Virus record (IMG/VR): IMGVR_UViG_3300013102_000032
Coordinates: 1-64,000 of that record
Direction: 5' to 3' (one strand)
Length of the DNA stretch: 64,000 bases
Origin: a virus
In this document: positions 10,559-20,370 of the stretch, piece by piece
How the letters are laid out: every line of letters starts with the position of its first letter
How positions within the stretch are numbered: the first letter of the stretch is position 1
Translations under genes and position numbers: made by a program
The notes under the pieces: generated by a model
Seen by the model: the letters and a program-made list of their open reading frames with translations, nothing else
Told to the model about the DNA's origin: nothing
Databases searched by the model: none

Positions 10559-10852
10559 TTGGGAAAAAGTAATATTAGTACATATCAGTATGGTAATACA
10601 GTTAGATTTGAATGCACATTTTATAATTTCAATAACGAGAAAGTAAATCCAGATTTAGTAAAGGTTATAGTTTATAATTACAAATATGAAATACTGTTAG
10701 AAGAGATTATAAATAGCGGTATTAATATTGGCGAATATATGTATGATTACACAACAGGAGATAAATCTGAAAAATTGTACTATGAATGGTATGGAGAGAT
10801 TGACGGAAATCCATCTATCAAGCGTAAAGAGTTTCAAACTAGATTTATATAA
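10559..10852 (+). CDS. Hypothetical structural protein
   Basis: ORF coupled within the tail operon. Confidence 0.5.
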   Translation: MGKSNISTYQYGNTVRFECTFYNFNNEKVNPDLVKVIVYNYKYEILLEEIINSGINIGEYMYDYTTGDKSEKLYYEWYGEIDGNPSIKRKEFQTRFI

Positions 10853-10866
10853 TTGGAGGCATTTTT

Positions 10867-11163
10867 ATGAAATATTCTATTAAGGGTTCTACATTTATAA
10901 GCGATGGTACAGAGATTATAATTACTATCAATAAATATAAAATATGGAAATTATTACAATCGAATGGAAAGAGCTTAATAACAGACGATGACATATTCGA
11001 TTTTGAGGTATGGGTAAATGCTCAAGAAGATAAAGACATGTTGTTTAACGATTTAAAAACGTTTATCAATTCATATGGTGGAAATATTAATTGGCATGAA
11101 TGTAAACATGATGAAGACAGTAATGAACCTTGTGTAATAAAAGAATCATACAGAGGTGAATAA
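10867..11163 (+). CDS. Hypothetical protein
   Basis: ORF with RBS GGAGG. Confidence 0.5.
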   Translation: MKYSIKGSTFISDGTEIIITINKYKIWKLLQSNGKSLITDDDIFDFEVWVNAQEDKDMLFNDLKTFINSYGGNINWHECKHDEDSNEPCVIKESYRGE

Positions 11164-11165
11164 GC

Positions 11166-12779
11166 GTGTTTGGAATAGTAACAGATAAATTAATTAGATA
11201 TTGGCATTATAATGAAGGTCTAGCTAACAATGTTTGGAGAAGTATGCTTAACGCTGACCATAAAATAATCTTGACTGGTGCTTCAAAATCTACTGATGGA
11301 ATCTACTTTGATGGAGTAGATGATTATGGTCAAATGACTCACCCCGAAATTAGTAATACATCACTTACAGTAGAGATTATGGTAACATTAATAAACCCAA
11401 GTAAAAGTGGGTACTCGACAATATTAGGGGAGAATGGAAATACAAAATTTGGGATTTTTAATTCTGATTTAGTTCCTTTGGTAAGATTTAATTCTGAGGG
11501 CGGTCTATACCACAACAAAAAGATAGAATGGAGTAAAAAAAGTCATTTAGTTTATGTTTATGATTCAGTCGATAAATTAGATAAATTATATGTTAATGGT
11601 ATTTTTTCTGGATCAAAGACAAGTAATACAAGTGTGAAAATACCTTCGATTTTAGATTTATTTAGTGGTTTTATTGCTACAGGAGACATTCATTATTTGA
11701 GAATGTACAGTAAAGCTCTAACACTCGAAGAAATTTCTCAAAATTATTTAGCAGGCATAGATGTTGGATTACCAAAAAACCCACCCAATGCTGTAACTAA
11801 CCTGCGTACAATACTAGTATCTGGTAATGTCGTGAATATTAATTGGGATTTAACTGCATACACATCATCATATATTATTACTAGAAATGGCACTCAGATT
11901 GCAGAGGTTTATTCTGGCAACTACAGAGACACAGGTTTAAATAAAAATTCAACTTATATTTATGAAGTAATTGCTAAAAATGATATAGGTGTATCTACGC
12001 CTACTTCACTATCCGTTACTACTGAAAACACAAATTCAGTTAGTATATTTGAAGACTTTGAAGACACAGACTTAAATTTCATATTTACAGGCGATTGGAC
12101 TATGGTGACAAATGTATCTACAAATACTAATCACTCTGGTGTTGGAGCTTTAAGAAGTAAAGTCATTAGTAACAGTTCGAAAAGCATATCAACATTCCAA
12201 TTAAACATTCCAATTGATGCGATTAATATTAAATTTCAATTTAAGTATAAAGTTTCTTCTGAGCAACGTTGGGATAAATTCACTGTATCTATTGACTCCG
12301 TAAAAGTGATTAATGAAGTTAGCGGTGAAATAGATTGGACAACATATAGCAACACATCTCTCACTGCGGGAACGCATACGGTTACATTAGAATATGCCAA
12401 AGACACTTCTAGTAGTGGTGGTTCGGATTTAGTTTATATAGATGATATTGAATTGATGTATGATACTATTGATCCTACGCCTTCACTCCCACCAACTGTT
12501 TTATCTGTAATCGCTAGCAAATTAATAATAAGTGACGAACTAAATATGAATCAGTCTATTATAACTGTTCAATTTGATAAAGATGTAACACAATATGTTG
12601 CAAGATTAAATGGTATAGACCATAATACAGGAGCATTAGTCCATGATGGCGGATCTGTCATCTTTGGTGAAAATGCTGAGATTGTAGTAGATTGGAATGA
12701 GCTATCTTCCGAAGGTGAAAATAGAATAAACATATATGGAAAAGATGCCAATGGGTTGTGGACACCTTATATAACTTGA
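11166..12779 (+). CDS. LamG/ConA-like + fibronectin III + carbohydrate-binding virion protein
   Basis: FDGVDDY and LYVNG...LRMYSKALTLEEI (LamG); YRDTGL..NSTYIYEVIA (FN3). Confidence 0.7.
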   Translation: MFGIVTDKLIRYWHYNEGLANNVWRSMLNADHKIILTGASKSTDGIYFDGVDDYGQMTHPEISNTSLTVEIMVTLINPSKSGYSTILGENGNTKFGIFNSDLVPLVRFNSEGGLYHNKKIEWSKKSHLVYVYDSVDKLDKLYVNGIFSGSKTSNTSVKIPSILDLFSGFIATGDIHYLRMYSKALTLEEISQNYLAGIDVGLPKNPPNAVTNLRTILVSGNVVNINWDLTAYTSSYIITRNGTQIAEVYSGNYRDTGLNKNSTYIYEVIAKNDIGVSTPTSLSVTTENTNSVSIFEDFEDTDLNFIFTGDWTMVTNVSTNTNHSGVGALRSKVISNSSKSISTFQLNIPIDAINIKFQFKYKVSSEQRWDKFTVSIDSVKVINEVSGEIDWTTYSNTSLTAGTHTVTLEYAKDTSSSGGSDLVYIDDIELMYDTIDPTPSLPPTVLSVIASKLIISDELNMNQSIITVQFDKDVTQYVARLNGIDHNTGALVHDGGSVIFGENAEIVVDWNELSSEGENRINIYGKDANGLWTPYIT

Positions 12780-12804
12780 CAAATGAAGTAAATAATGATA
12801 TAAT
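12776..12804 (+). promoter_or_regulatory. Sigma-A type promoter TTGACA-17-TATAAT with ATAATG extension
   Basis: ttgacaaatgaagtaaataatgatataat. Confidence 0.75.
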
Positions 12805-12857
12805 ATCGTTATATGAGTATTATCGTATAACGATATTTATGAAAGGGGCTAAAGGAT

Positions 12858-15698
12858 TTGTTTATTGATATAAATTATAGTAAAGAGCTAAAAAAAGCTA
12901 AATTACATTTAAGCAAACCTAGCAAGCAGATTATATCTCATATAAGCGAAAGAAGAGATGGCGAGCTTTCAGCAAAGCTAGGAAATATAAACGAACTTAA
13001 TTTTTCTATTCCATATACTGTTGAAGAAAATGGTAAATTAGTTCATAATAAACATGTTGATATGATAAAAGAAAAGATGCTCATAAAGATGTCTTTTAAC
13101 AATACATACGAATGGTTCATAGTTGAATCCATAAAAGAGAATGGTGATGATGAAACTTTATTCAATGTTCAATGTTTCTCATTAGGATTCGAACTGACTC
13201 ACAAGAGAGTGTTGCAGTTGAATTATGAGTCAGTGAATGCAACTAGTTTGCTGAACGATTTGCTAAGCGTTTCTACATGGAAGATAAAAGAAGTTGATCC
13301 TAAATTCGATGCGATGTTTCGTTCTTTTGATTTCTCAAACACTAATAGATTAGATTGTATAATACAAGCCAGTGAAACATTTGGTGCTTTAATAGAATGG
13401 GACACTATAAACAAAAAGATATCATTTGTTAAATTCGAAGCGGATGAAGGAGAAATAAGTACTAGAGGTCAATTTAAAGGGTTGACCGCTAATTATGGCA
13501 AGCTATTACGCTCCGTAGAAAAAGATAGAGTTTCTAACGAACTTACTACTAGACTATATGTTTATGGTAGTGAAGAATTAGGTATACATAGTGTAAATCC
13601 TACAGGACAAGGATATCTAGAAGATTTTTCATTCTTTATGTATCCGTTTGAACGCAACGAAAGTAAGCAAACGATTAAGAGCAGTCATTATATGTCAGAT
13701 GAATTATGTCACGCAATATTAGATTTCCAAGAATTGCTATTATCTGTTTCGGAAAGCATAAGAAGTAATATGGATAGCCAAGTATTAAAATCTGCAGAAG
13801 TAGCAAATGAAAAACAAGTCTTAACTACTTTAGAACTAGAGATGGATACAATTCTAAATAAACTAGACGTTGCTAAGTCTACTGAGGATGAGTCTTTAAT
13901 AACGCAATTAGAAGGTGATAGAAGTGCTAAGCAAGCACAGATTGACTCTCAGAGAGCAGTAGTAACCTTAAAGACATCTGAGCTAAACTCTATAAAGATG
14001 GCTTTAGAGAATATACATCAACAATTAAATGAGGATAGCAACTTTACTCAAGAATTACAAGATGAGCTTAATTTCTACGTATTAGAAAAAGAGTGGAGAG
14101 ACGACAGATACATAGATGTTAAAGAGTTGTATGACGATGGTGTGAAAAAATTCAAAGAACTTAGAGAGCCTAATGTAGTTCTATCTATTGATATGGAGAA
14201 CTTCTTAAACATACTTGAAGAGCAGTTTTATTGGGATAAGTTGGTTCTCGGAGATTTGATTAAGATTAAATATACAGAAATGAATTTAGAGTATATGGCT
14301 AAAATCATAGAGATTAAATACAACTTTGATGACAATAGTATCAGTTTGACAATTGCTAATACTACTAAAATTGGTTCAGATATAGAACGTTTAAGAGATT
14401 TGCTATATAAAACAGAAAACGCATCAACATTAATACAGAACAACAAACATAAGTGGGATAAAGTAGGATTTGTTGAAGATGAAGTTTACAAACTAATCAA
14501 CGATACTCACGATGCTAACAAGCGTGAAATTACAGCAGGAGTAGATAATGAAATAACAATAGGCAAGAGAGGTATTATTGCTAGAAGTCCATCAAACCCT
14601 AACGATGTAGTTATTATACAAAGTGGTATTATTGCATTGTCTAAAACCAATGGAGACAAGTGGGAAACCGCTCTTACTGCAGATGGTGTTATTGCGGATA
14701 GACTTGTCGGAAATGTTTTGATTGGTAGAAATTTAATAATGACAAATAGTAGTGGTCATTTTTACTTTGATGACACTGGTATGAGAGTAAAGACTAATCA
14801 GTTCATACTCGAATCTGAAACAGAGACAGAAACGTTTGATGTTATTAAATCGAAAATAGATATGTCGGCAGGTAAAATAGCTTTGATTGTAGGCAGTGAT
14901 AATAAACTAAATGGTGAAGCTATTGCTTCATCTATAGTAGTTAGTCCTAATGCAATAGACTTAATGAGTCAAAACATCAACTTCACATCTAGAGGATTAG
15001 ACTTGGCTTCATCTATAAAGATAAGTCCACAAGCAATAGATTTAATAAGTGAAAGTATAAATTTAACAGGCAAAGTTACATTTTCATCTTTTGATCCTTC
15101 TACTAAAAATTCATTAGAAACTGTGACAGGATGGAAAGCAACTAATAAGACTACTATTGATGGTGGCAAGATAGAAACAAATACTATTGGTGCTAATCAA
15201 ATTAAAACCAATGAACTTATCGTTGGAGTAAATATAGCTATGGGTGCTAATGCGGTTATAGATTGGAATCAAGTTGGAAGTAAGCCTTTTATTCCTTCTA
15301 ATGCTAGCGACATCGGTGCATTATCTAGTAGCTCTCCTATGCTAACATACATAACTGGAACAGGTATATATACAGGAACTCTTTCTGCAGATAAAATTAT
15401 CGGTGGAACTATCACAGGTATAACTATAAATGTTACAACAGATTTAGATGTAGGTAATAACATATATCTGGGCAGAAATACGAATGCCACAAAAATGATT
15501 AAGTTTAACAGTAGTGCAACGATATATTCTGAAAACTCATCATCTCTAAGTGTATCTGCATTAACCTTCTCTGTTCGAGATGGAGATGTAAGATTGGGAA
15601 GTAATGGATATTCTGTAGCATTATATGGAACTGTAGATTTATCTACAGCTAGTTCGGTATCATGGGGTTCACATGCCCCTGTAGCAAAATGGGGGTAA
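12858..15698 (+). CDS. Phage tail tip/minor structural (Tal/prophage endopeptidase-like) protein
   Basis: 946 aa; TRLYVYGSEELGIHSVNPTG..YLEDFSFF, LGDLIKI and TADGVIADRLVG motifs; central coiled coil. Confidence 0.75.
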   Translation: MFIDINYSKELKKAKLHLSKPSKQIISHISERRDGELSAKLGNINELNFSIPYTVEENGKLVHNKHVDMIKEKMLIKMSFNNTYEWFIVESIKENGDDETLFNVQCFSLGFELTHKRVLQLNYESVNATSLLNDLLSVSTWKIKEVDPKFDAMFRSFDFSNTNRLDCIIQASETFGALIEWDTINKKISFVKFEADEGEISTRGQFKGLTANYGKLLRSVEKDRVSNELTTRLYVYGSEELGIHSVNPTGQGYLEDFSFFMYPFERNESKQTIKSSHYMSDELCHAILDFQELLLSVSESIRSNMDSQVLKSAEVANEKQVLTTLELEMDTILNKLDVAKSTEDESLITQLEGDRSAKQAQIDSQRAVVTLKTSELNSIKMALENIHQQLNEDSNFTQELQDELNFYVLEKEWRDDRYIDVKELYDDGVKKFKELREPNVVLSIDMENFLNILEEQFYWDKLVLGDLIKIKYTEMNLEYMAKIIEIKYNFDDNSISLTIANTTKIGSDIERLRDLLYKTENASTLIQNNKHKWDKVGFVEDEVYKLINDTHDANKREITAGVDNEITIGKRGIIARSPSNPNDVVIIQSGIIALSKTNGDKWETALTADGVIADRLVGNVLIGRNLIMTNSSGHFYFDDTGMRVKTNQFILESETETETFDVIKSKIDMSAGKIALIVGSDNKLNGEAIASSIVVSPNAIDLMSQNINFTSRGLDLASSIKISPQAIDLISESINLTGKVTFSSFDPSTKNSLETVTGWKATNKTTIDGGKIETNTIGANQIKTNELIVGVNIAMGANAVIDWNQVGSKPFIPSNASDIGALSSSSPMLTYITGTGIYTGTLSADKIIGGTITGITINVTTDLDVGNNIYLGRNTNATKMIKFNSSATIYSENSSSLSVSALTFSVRDGDVRLGSNGYSVALYGTVDLSTASSVSWGSHAPVAKWG

Positions 15699-15704
15699 TT
15701 AAAA

Positions 15705-16856
15705 ATGGCTTCAATAGGCGTTAATAGTTTAACGTATAATTCCGCTACACTTTATGTGGCAGAGCTAAACACAACGACAACATATAAATCTATTTATATA
15801 TCATGTAATGGTTCTACCTCTCCAAATTTAGCAAAAGGGAGTATCAGTTCTACTTCGAATGGTTGGACTGTGTACGGTCTTAGTGGTGACAGTTATTATT
15901 CTGTAAGTTCTACTATTACATCCTCTGGTGGAAGCGTGGCTTATCCTTCTGGTGGGTTTAGTACTCCATCAGCTCCACAACCGCCAAGTGGCATATCTTC
16001 TGTAAGTTTAACTCCTTCATCTAGTTCGGCTGTGATATATGTATCTTGGTCTTCTGCTAGTGGAGCTACAGGTTATAGGGCTGAAATATATAGAGGTAGT
16101 ACATTTATAGATAGTATAGGAACAAGCGGAACTTCTACTCAGTTCGGAGGTCTATCCGAATATACGGAGTATCGTGTAAAAGTCTATGCTCAAAACGCCA
16201 ACGGCAACGGAGCTCCCAATGATTACAACTATGCAACAACAGGAGATTTTACACCTCCTTCTGTATCTTACTTGGGAGCTTCTGGATTAGGTAGCTTGAC
16301 ATTCTCTTGGAATGCCAGTGATAGCGGAAGTGGATTACGTTCTAGTAATAGATATAGATTATATATAGGTTCTAGAGATGGCAGTTCTGCTACTTTAGTA
16401 GCTAGCGGTTGGACTAACTCATCTAGTACATCTTGGGTAACTGATTCTGGCGGAAACGGATTGATAGCAAATGCATATTATTGGGTTGGAGTAAGAGCTT
16501 ACGATAATTGGGGAAATGAATCATCACTACTATCATATCAAATACAATTCAAAATAACAAGACCTAATAACTGGACTTGGGACTTCGCTAAAAATAGCGG
16601 AGGAACTTTTACTCTAACTGCTAGCGAATGGAATAATTTCACCGCACGAATAAATCAGTTTAGGCTATACAGAGGATACAATACATATGCTTTCAGCACA
16701 GTAGTTAAAGGAAATACTGCATTTGCTTCTCAATTAAATGAAGCGATAATTGGAATGAGGGCGATGTCTTCGCCTCCTGCGGAAGTATCTAGCGGTGCTT
16801 ACGCAAACGCCAGTTTCATAAATGGTTTAAGTAATACATTAAATTCAATAACTTAA
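15705..16856 (+). CDS. Fibronectin-III domain tail protein
   Basis: VSWSSASGATGYR...GLSEYTEYRVKVYAQN FN3 signature. Confidence 0.7.
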   Translation: MASIGVNSLTYNSATLYVAELNTTTTYKSIYISCNGSTSPNLAKGSISSTSNGWTVYGLSGDSYYSVSSTITSSGGSVAYPSGGFSTPSAPQPPSGISSVSLTPSSSSAVIYVSWSSASGATGYRAEIYRGSTFIDSIGTSGTSTQFGGLSEYTEYRVKVYAQNANGNGAPNDYNYATTGDFTPPSVSYLGASGLGSLTFSWNASDSGSGLRSSNRYRLYIGSRDGSSATLVASGWTNSSSTSWVTDSGGNGLIANAYYWVGVRAYDNWGNESSLLSYQIQFKITRPNNWTWDFAKNSGGTFTLTASEWNNFTARINQFRLYRGYNTYAFSTVVKGNTAFASQLNEAIIGMRAMSSPPAEVSSGAYANASFINGLSNTLNSIT

Positions 16857-16879
16857 AAAGATAAAAGGGGAATATACAA

Positions 16880-17044
16880 ATGGAAAATGTTCAAATACAA
16901 ATGGAAGACGTAATTAATAAATTAAAGAAAAGATTGTCATCAGATGCTTACAATATAGCTATCTTAGAAGCTACTATTGATGTTTACAAGTTAGAAGTAG
17001 AAAGACTAAATAACGAATTGTCAGAATTAAGAAAAAATAAATAA
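16880..17044 (+). CDS. Small coiled-coil protein (54 aa, not in ORF track)
   Basis: RBS AAAGGGG; MENVQIQMEDVINKLKKRL...ELRKNK. Confidence 0.6.
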   Translation: MENVQIQMEDVINKLKKRLSSDAYNIAILEATIDVYKLEVERLNNELSELRKNK

Positions 17045-17049
17045 TAGGA

Positions 17050-17889
17050 GTGGATATTATGACGAATGCAAAAGATATATTAATAGCTTTAGATGACGGT
17101 CATGGAATGGAGACGAAAGGCAAGAGAACGCCTGCTATACCAGAGCTAGATAATAGAGTTATTCGTGAAAACGAATTTAACAGAGAGGTTGTTAGATTAA
17201 CTAATATTGAACTGAGTCGATGTGGATTCAGAACATTATTGACCGCTCCAACAGATATCGACACACCTCTATCGGATCGTGTAAAGCTAGCAAATGGCAA
17301 AAAGGTAAACTTGTTTATAAGCTTTCACTACAACGCTAATACAGGTTCTTTTATAACAAATAAAGCAGAGGGATTCTCGGCTCATGTTTTCAAGACAGTT
17401 GGAGATAGTGCTGATTTCGGTAATATACTTTTGAATAATTTATCCAAAGGAACTTATCAAAAAAATAGAGGATTAGTAAAGCAGGATTTATATGTTACTA
17501 GAGAAACAACTATGCCGTCAGTATTGATAGAATTTGGTTTTATGGATAATAAAAGAGAGGCAATGCTTATGATAGATGCAAACTTTCAAAAGGAATGTGC
17601 TATTGAAGTTGCTAAATCCGTATGTGAATTTTATAAAGTTACATATGTAGCAGAAGTCCAAAAAAAAGAAGATAAGGAGGAGGTAGCAGTATCTAATTTA
17701 TTCAATCCAGAATCTTCAAGTGTTGTAGATTCTGTTTCTAATGTCTTATCTGTTTTAGAACAATTCGATAACGGATTGCATAAACAATGGAGACAGCGTT
17801 TGACTGACAATAAGCTGACAGATTCTCAAGCTATAGGATTGCTATATGTGGCTGTAGAGCGTGGATTAATACAATTAAAGAAGCAATAA
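17050..17889 (+). CDS. Endolysin, N-acetylmuramoyl-L-alanine amidase (Amidase_3)
   Basis: LDDGHG, E, SFHYNA and LIEFGFMDN zinc-amidase motifs. Confidence 0.92.
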   Translation: MDIMTNAKDILIALDDGHGMETKGKRTPAIPELDNRVIRENEFNREVVRLTNIELSRCGFRTLLTAPTDIDTPLSDRVKLANGKKVNLFISFHYNANTGSFITNKAEGFSAHVFKTVGDSADFGNILLNNLSKGTYQKNRGLVKQDLYVTRETTMPSVLIEFGFMDNKREAMLMIDANFQKECAIEVAKSVCEFYKVTYVAEVQKKEDKEEVAVSNLFNPESSSVVDSVSNVLSVLEQFDNGLHKQWRQRLTDNKLTDSQAIGLLYVAVERGLIQLKKQ

Positions 17890-17965
17890 CATGTATGCTT
17901 TCTAATATGTATAAACAAGGGATGAAAGGGGTTGCAAGCAACAATAGGTAGGAGGAAATTAAGTT

Positions 17966-18295
17966 ATGGATTTCTTGAGAATATTATTAGAAGACACTAG
18001 TTGGTTGACTGCCGTCTCAGCGATAGCAGGTTCTATTATAACATATTTAATAACAAAAGTTAATAAAGATAAAGACGTTTCTATTAGCGACAGAATGCAA
18101 TTGTCCAAAGATCAATATCAACTTATATCTGAACTGAGAGAAATGATGCAGGAGCAGAGAGTTGAAATAGAAAAACTTAGAGATGAAATGAAACAATTAC
18201 AAGATGTCAATGTTAGTTTGATTGTTGAGAATAGAGAGCTACGAATAAAAATTACAGAATTAAATTCAAGATTATCTAAATTTGATTCACAATAA
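17966..18295 (+). CDS. Holin-associated membrane protein (single TM + coiled coil)
   Basis: N-terminal hydrophobic helix; lies between endolysin and holin. Confidence 0.6.
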   Translation: MDFLRILLEDTSWLTAVSAIAGSIITYLITKVNKDKDVSISDRMQLSKDQYQLISELREMMQEQRVEIEKLRDEMKQLQDVNVSLIVENRELRIKITELNSRLSKFDSQ

Positions 18296-18328
18296 TTTCA
18301 AAATAAAAAACAAAGGGGAATACATAAT

Positions 18329-18667
18329 ATGGAATCTTTACAAGTTGAAATAGTAAATCTAGTTATCTTAATTGTTTCTGGATTAATGGGTATAGCATCT
18401 GGATACGTAACTTCTTATTTGAAGAAAAAAGGTGTAGTAGCACAACTAGAAGGCAATAAAGAGATTGTTAGAATAGTTGTAAATGCTGTTGACCAGATGT
18501 ATAAGAATCTAAAAGGCGAAGAGAAATTAGATTTAGCAAAATTAGAAGTACTTAAAATGGCAAAATCTAAGGGTTTAAATATCAGTGAGAAAGAGTTAGA
18601 TTTATTGATCGAATCTACTGTAAAAGAAATGAATAAGTCAATAAAGAATGAAATTAAAAATAAATAA
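18329..18667 (+). CDS. Phage holin, LL-H family
   Basis: TM helix then VNAVDQMY...GEEKL..A...LIESTVKEMN. Confidence 0.8.
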   Translation: MESLQVEIVNLVILIVSGLMGIASGYVTSYLKKKGVVAQLEGNKEIVRIVVNAVDQMYKNLKGEEKLDLAKLEVLKMAKSKGLNISEKELDLLIESTVKEMNKSIKNEIKNK

Positions 18668-18672
18668 AATAT

Positions 18673-18703
18673 TACTCCCACAAATTAATGTGGGAGTTTT
18701 TTT
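18673..18703 (+). terminator. Rho-independent terminator after the lysis cassette
   Basis: actccccacaaattaatgtgggagt followed by a T-tract. Confidence 0.8.
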
Positions 18704-18714
18704 GCGTTTGTATG

Positions 18715-18743
18715 TTGACTTGCTTTATTTATTAATGTATACT
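18715..18743 (+). promoter_or_regulatory. Sigma-A type promoter of the Rok-like gene
   Basis: TTGACT-17-TATACT. Confidence 0.65.
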
Positions 18744-18768
18744 CAAAACATATAAAACAAAAGGAGAT

Positions 18769-19407
18769 TTGAAAATGAGTATAAATGAAGAGAAAAAGTT
18801 TCTATATTCGATTCTTGAAAATATCACAGAGGAAAGAAAAAAATTAACTAATGCTTATTTGGATATCGTTAATAAAATTACAGAGCTAGAAAAAGAGTCT
18901 AGAAGTTATAGAGAACAGAGTGAGACGAAAGACGCTGTAGAAAAAGTTCAGAATATAGAATTTAAAAAAGAAGCTAAGACACCAAGCATAATGATTGAAG
19001 AGATAGTAGAGGCTGAGCCTGTTGAGGTTACTAAGAAAGAAGATGTGAGAACCTTAGCAGAAATAATAGAAGAACATAATAGAATGCGTGGAGAATCAGA
19101 CGATAAGCCAGATGAATTATCAGAGAGTAAAATACCAAAAGAAGAAATAGAAAGAGAAAAAGATAAACTACCTAGAAAGTCTCCGTATTTGAATATTGAT
19201 AAAGTGAATGGATTGATATCTCAGATATTAAAAGAAAAGGGCTCTCCTATGCATGTAAAGGAGATATTTGCTAAATTAAATTCTATGCTAGATAACGATG
19301 TTAATATTCAGAATCTACGCAATAACATTCTTCCTAGAGTGTGTAAGAGTAATCCTAAAATAGAAAGAGCATTGCGTGGTTATTATCAATATAATTATAA
19401 TGGATAA
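18769..19407 (+). CDS. Rok-like nucleoid-associated DNA-binding protein
   Basis: N-terminal coiled coil (SINEEKKFL..ILENI), low-complexity linker, C-terminal winged helix ending PKIERALRGYY, recalling B. subtilis Rok PEVKKPYRGQY (compared from memory). Confidence 0.6.
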   Translation: MKMSINEEKKFLYSILENITEERKKLTNAYLDIVNKITELEKESRSYREQSETKDAVEKVQNIEFKKEAKTPSIMIEEIVEAEPVEVTKKEDVRTLAEIIEEHNRMRGESDDKPDELSESKIPKEEIEREKDKLPRKSPYLNIDKVNGLISQILKEKGSPMHVKEIFAKLNSMLDNDVNIQNLRNNILPRVCKSNPKIERALRGYYQYNYNG

Positions 19408-19421
19408 AATTACACTTTTAT
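19404..19421. repeat. Junction motif ATAAAA-TTACAC-TTTTAT
   Basis: Contains the stop codon of the Rok-like gene. Confidence 0.75.
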
Positions 19422-19430
19422 CTATAAAGT

Positions 19431-19471
19431 TACCCCCTCTAAATTACCTTATTAGAGGGGGTTTTATTTTT
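19431..19471. terminator. Terminator between the convergent arms
   Basis: accccctctaa...ttagagggggt hairpin with T-tract. Confidence 0.75.
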
Positions 19472-19477
19472 TGTATT

Positions 19478-20092
19478 CTATGTATTTTTGTCCTTCTTAA
19501 CCCTTTTCTTAACCGTAGTAGGCTTTTTAGGTTTCTTAGGCTTTTCTTCTTTAGGTTCTCGCATTGCAACAATATCAGACCAAACTGGCTTATCCCACTG
19601 AATAAGATCGTGCTCTATCAGACAAGTCAAGCAAACTGCAAAACTATCACTCTCGTCATCATTCCTAAAAGTTATATCATTATATTTTGTTTTTATTGAA
19701 TTTGCTACGTCTTCTTTCGTAGCATTGCCGTGGACTATTTTTAATTTTACTTCTTTTGGTGCATATAAGAATTGTGGCACATCCCATAATAGATGTTGTA
19801 TTACTCCTGTAGCTTTCGCTATTGCTTGAGTCTCCATAGGGAATCGGCTAAACATCCTCTCAATAGACACGACATAAGGAGGATATTTTTCTATGATGTC
19901 GCTCATCCATAAAGATATCATATGAAGCTTTAACGCATTTAGGTGTAGGTTTTTATGTTCTTTCGTAGCGTATATTTTCTCAGTATTAAAACTGTCAACA
20001 AAGACAAATTCTTTCTTTTCTAGATCGTATATGGTTACTCCTGTATCCTTTAAGGATATGTCTAAACCATATAGAAATTTACCTTTAGTCAT
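19478..20092 (-). CDS. ruvC: Holliday junction resolvase, RuvC-like
   Basis: GLDISLKDTG, IER, GNATKEDV and DDESDS motifs. Confidence 0.85.
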   Translation of the reverse strand: MTKGKFLYGLDISLKDTGVTIYDLEKKEFVFVDSFNTEKIYATKEHKNLHLNALKLHMISLWMSDIIEKYPPYVVSIERMFSRFPMETQAIAKATGVIQHLLWDVPQFLYAPKEVKLKIVHGNATKEDVANSIKTKYNDITFRNDDESDSFAVCLTCLIEHDLIQWDKPVWSDIVAMREPKEEKPKKPKKPTTVKKRVKKDKNT

Positions 20093-20095
20093 TTC

Positions 20096-20269
20096 TTACT
20101 TTTTATCTTCTTTTGCTTTGTTGTTGTGGCATGAGAGATGAAATAATTCCTCATCTTTTTCTACGAATAAATTATCTTCATATATGTTTTCTTCACAATA
20201 AGGGCATACACATAATACTTCTTTTTTAACGAATGTGTGGATGCGGTTCTTTACATTTTTATCTTTCAT
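20096..20269 (-). CDS. Small zinc-finger protein (57 aa, not in ORF track)
   Basis: CPYC...HLSC; RBS GAGG. Confidence 0.6.
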   Translation of the reverse strand: MKDKNVKNRIHTFVKKEVLCVCPYCEENIYEDNLFVEKDEELFHLSCHNNKAKEDKK

Positions 20270-20329
20270 AATCAAAATCCTCTCTATAAACGCAAATAAA
20301 CTAGGCAGTAATTTCTACCACCTAGATTT

Positions 20330-20358
20330 ATTATATCATAATCTTTTGCTAATGTCAA
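20330..20358 (-). promoter_or_regulatory. Sigma-A promoter
   Basis: TTGACA-17-TATAAT with TGn on the minus strand. Confidence 0.75.
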
Positions 20359-20370
20359 GTTATTCAACAC

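Noticed and set aside
19376-19699. 107-aa + strand ORF
   Set aside because: Spans a terminator and is antisense to ruvC; no RBS. The other short antisense ORFs inside long genes were dismissed for the same reason
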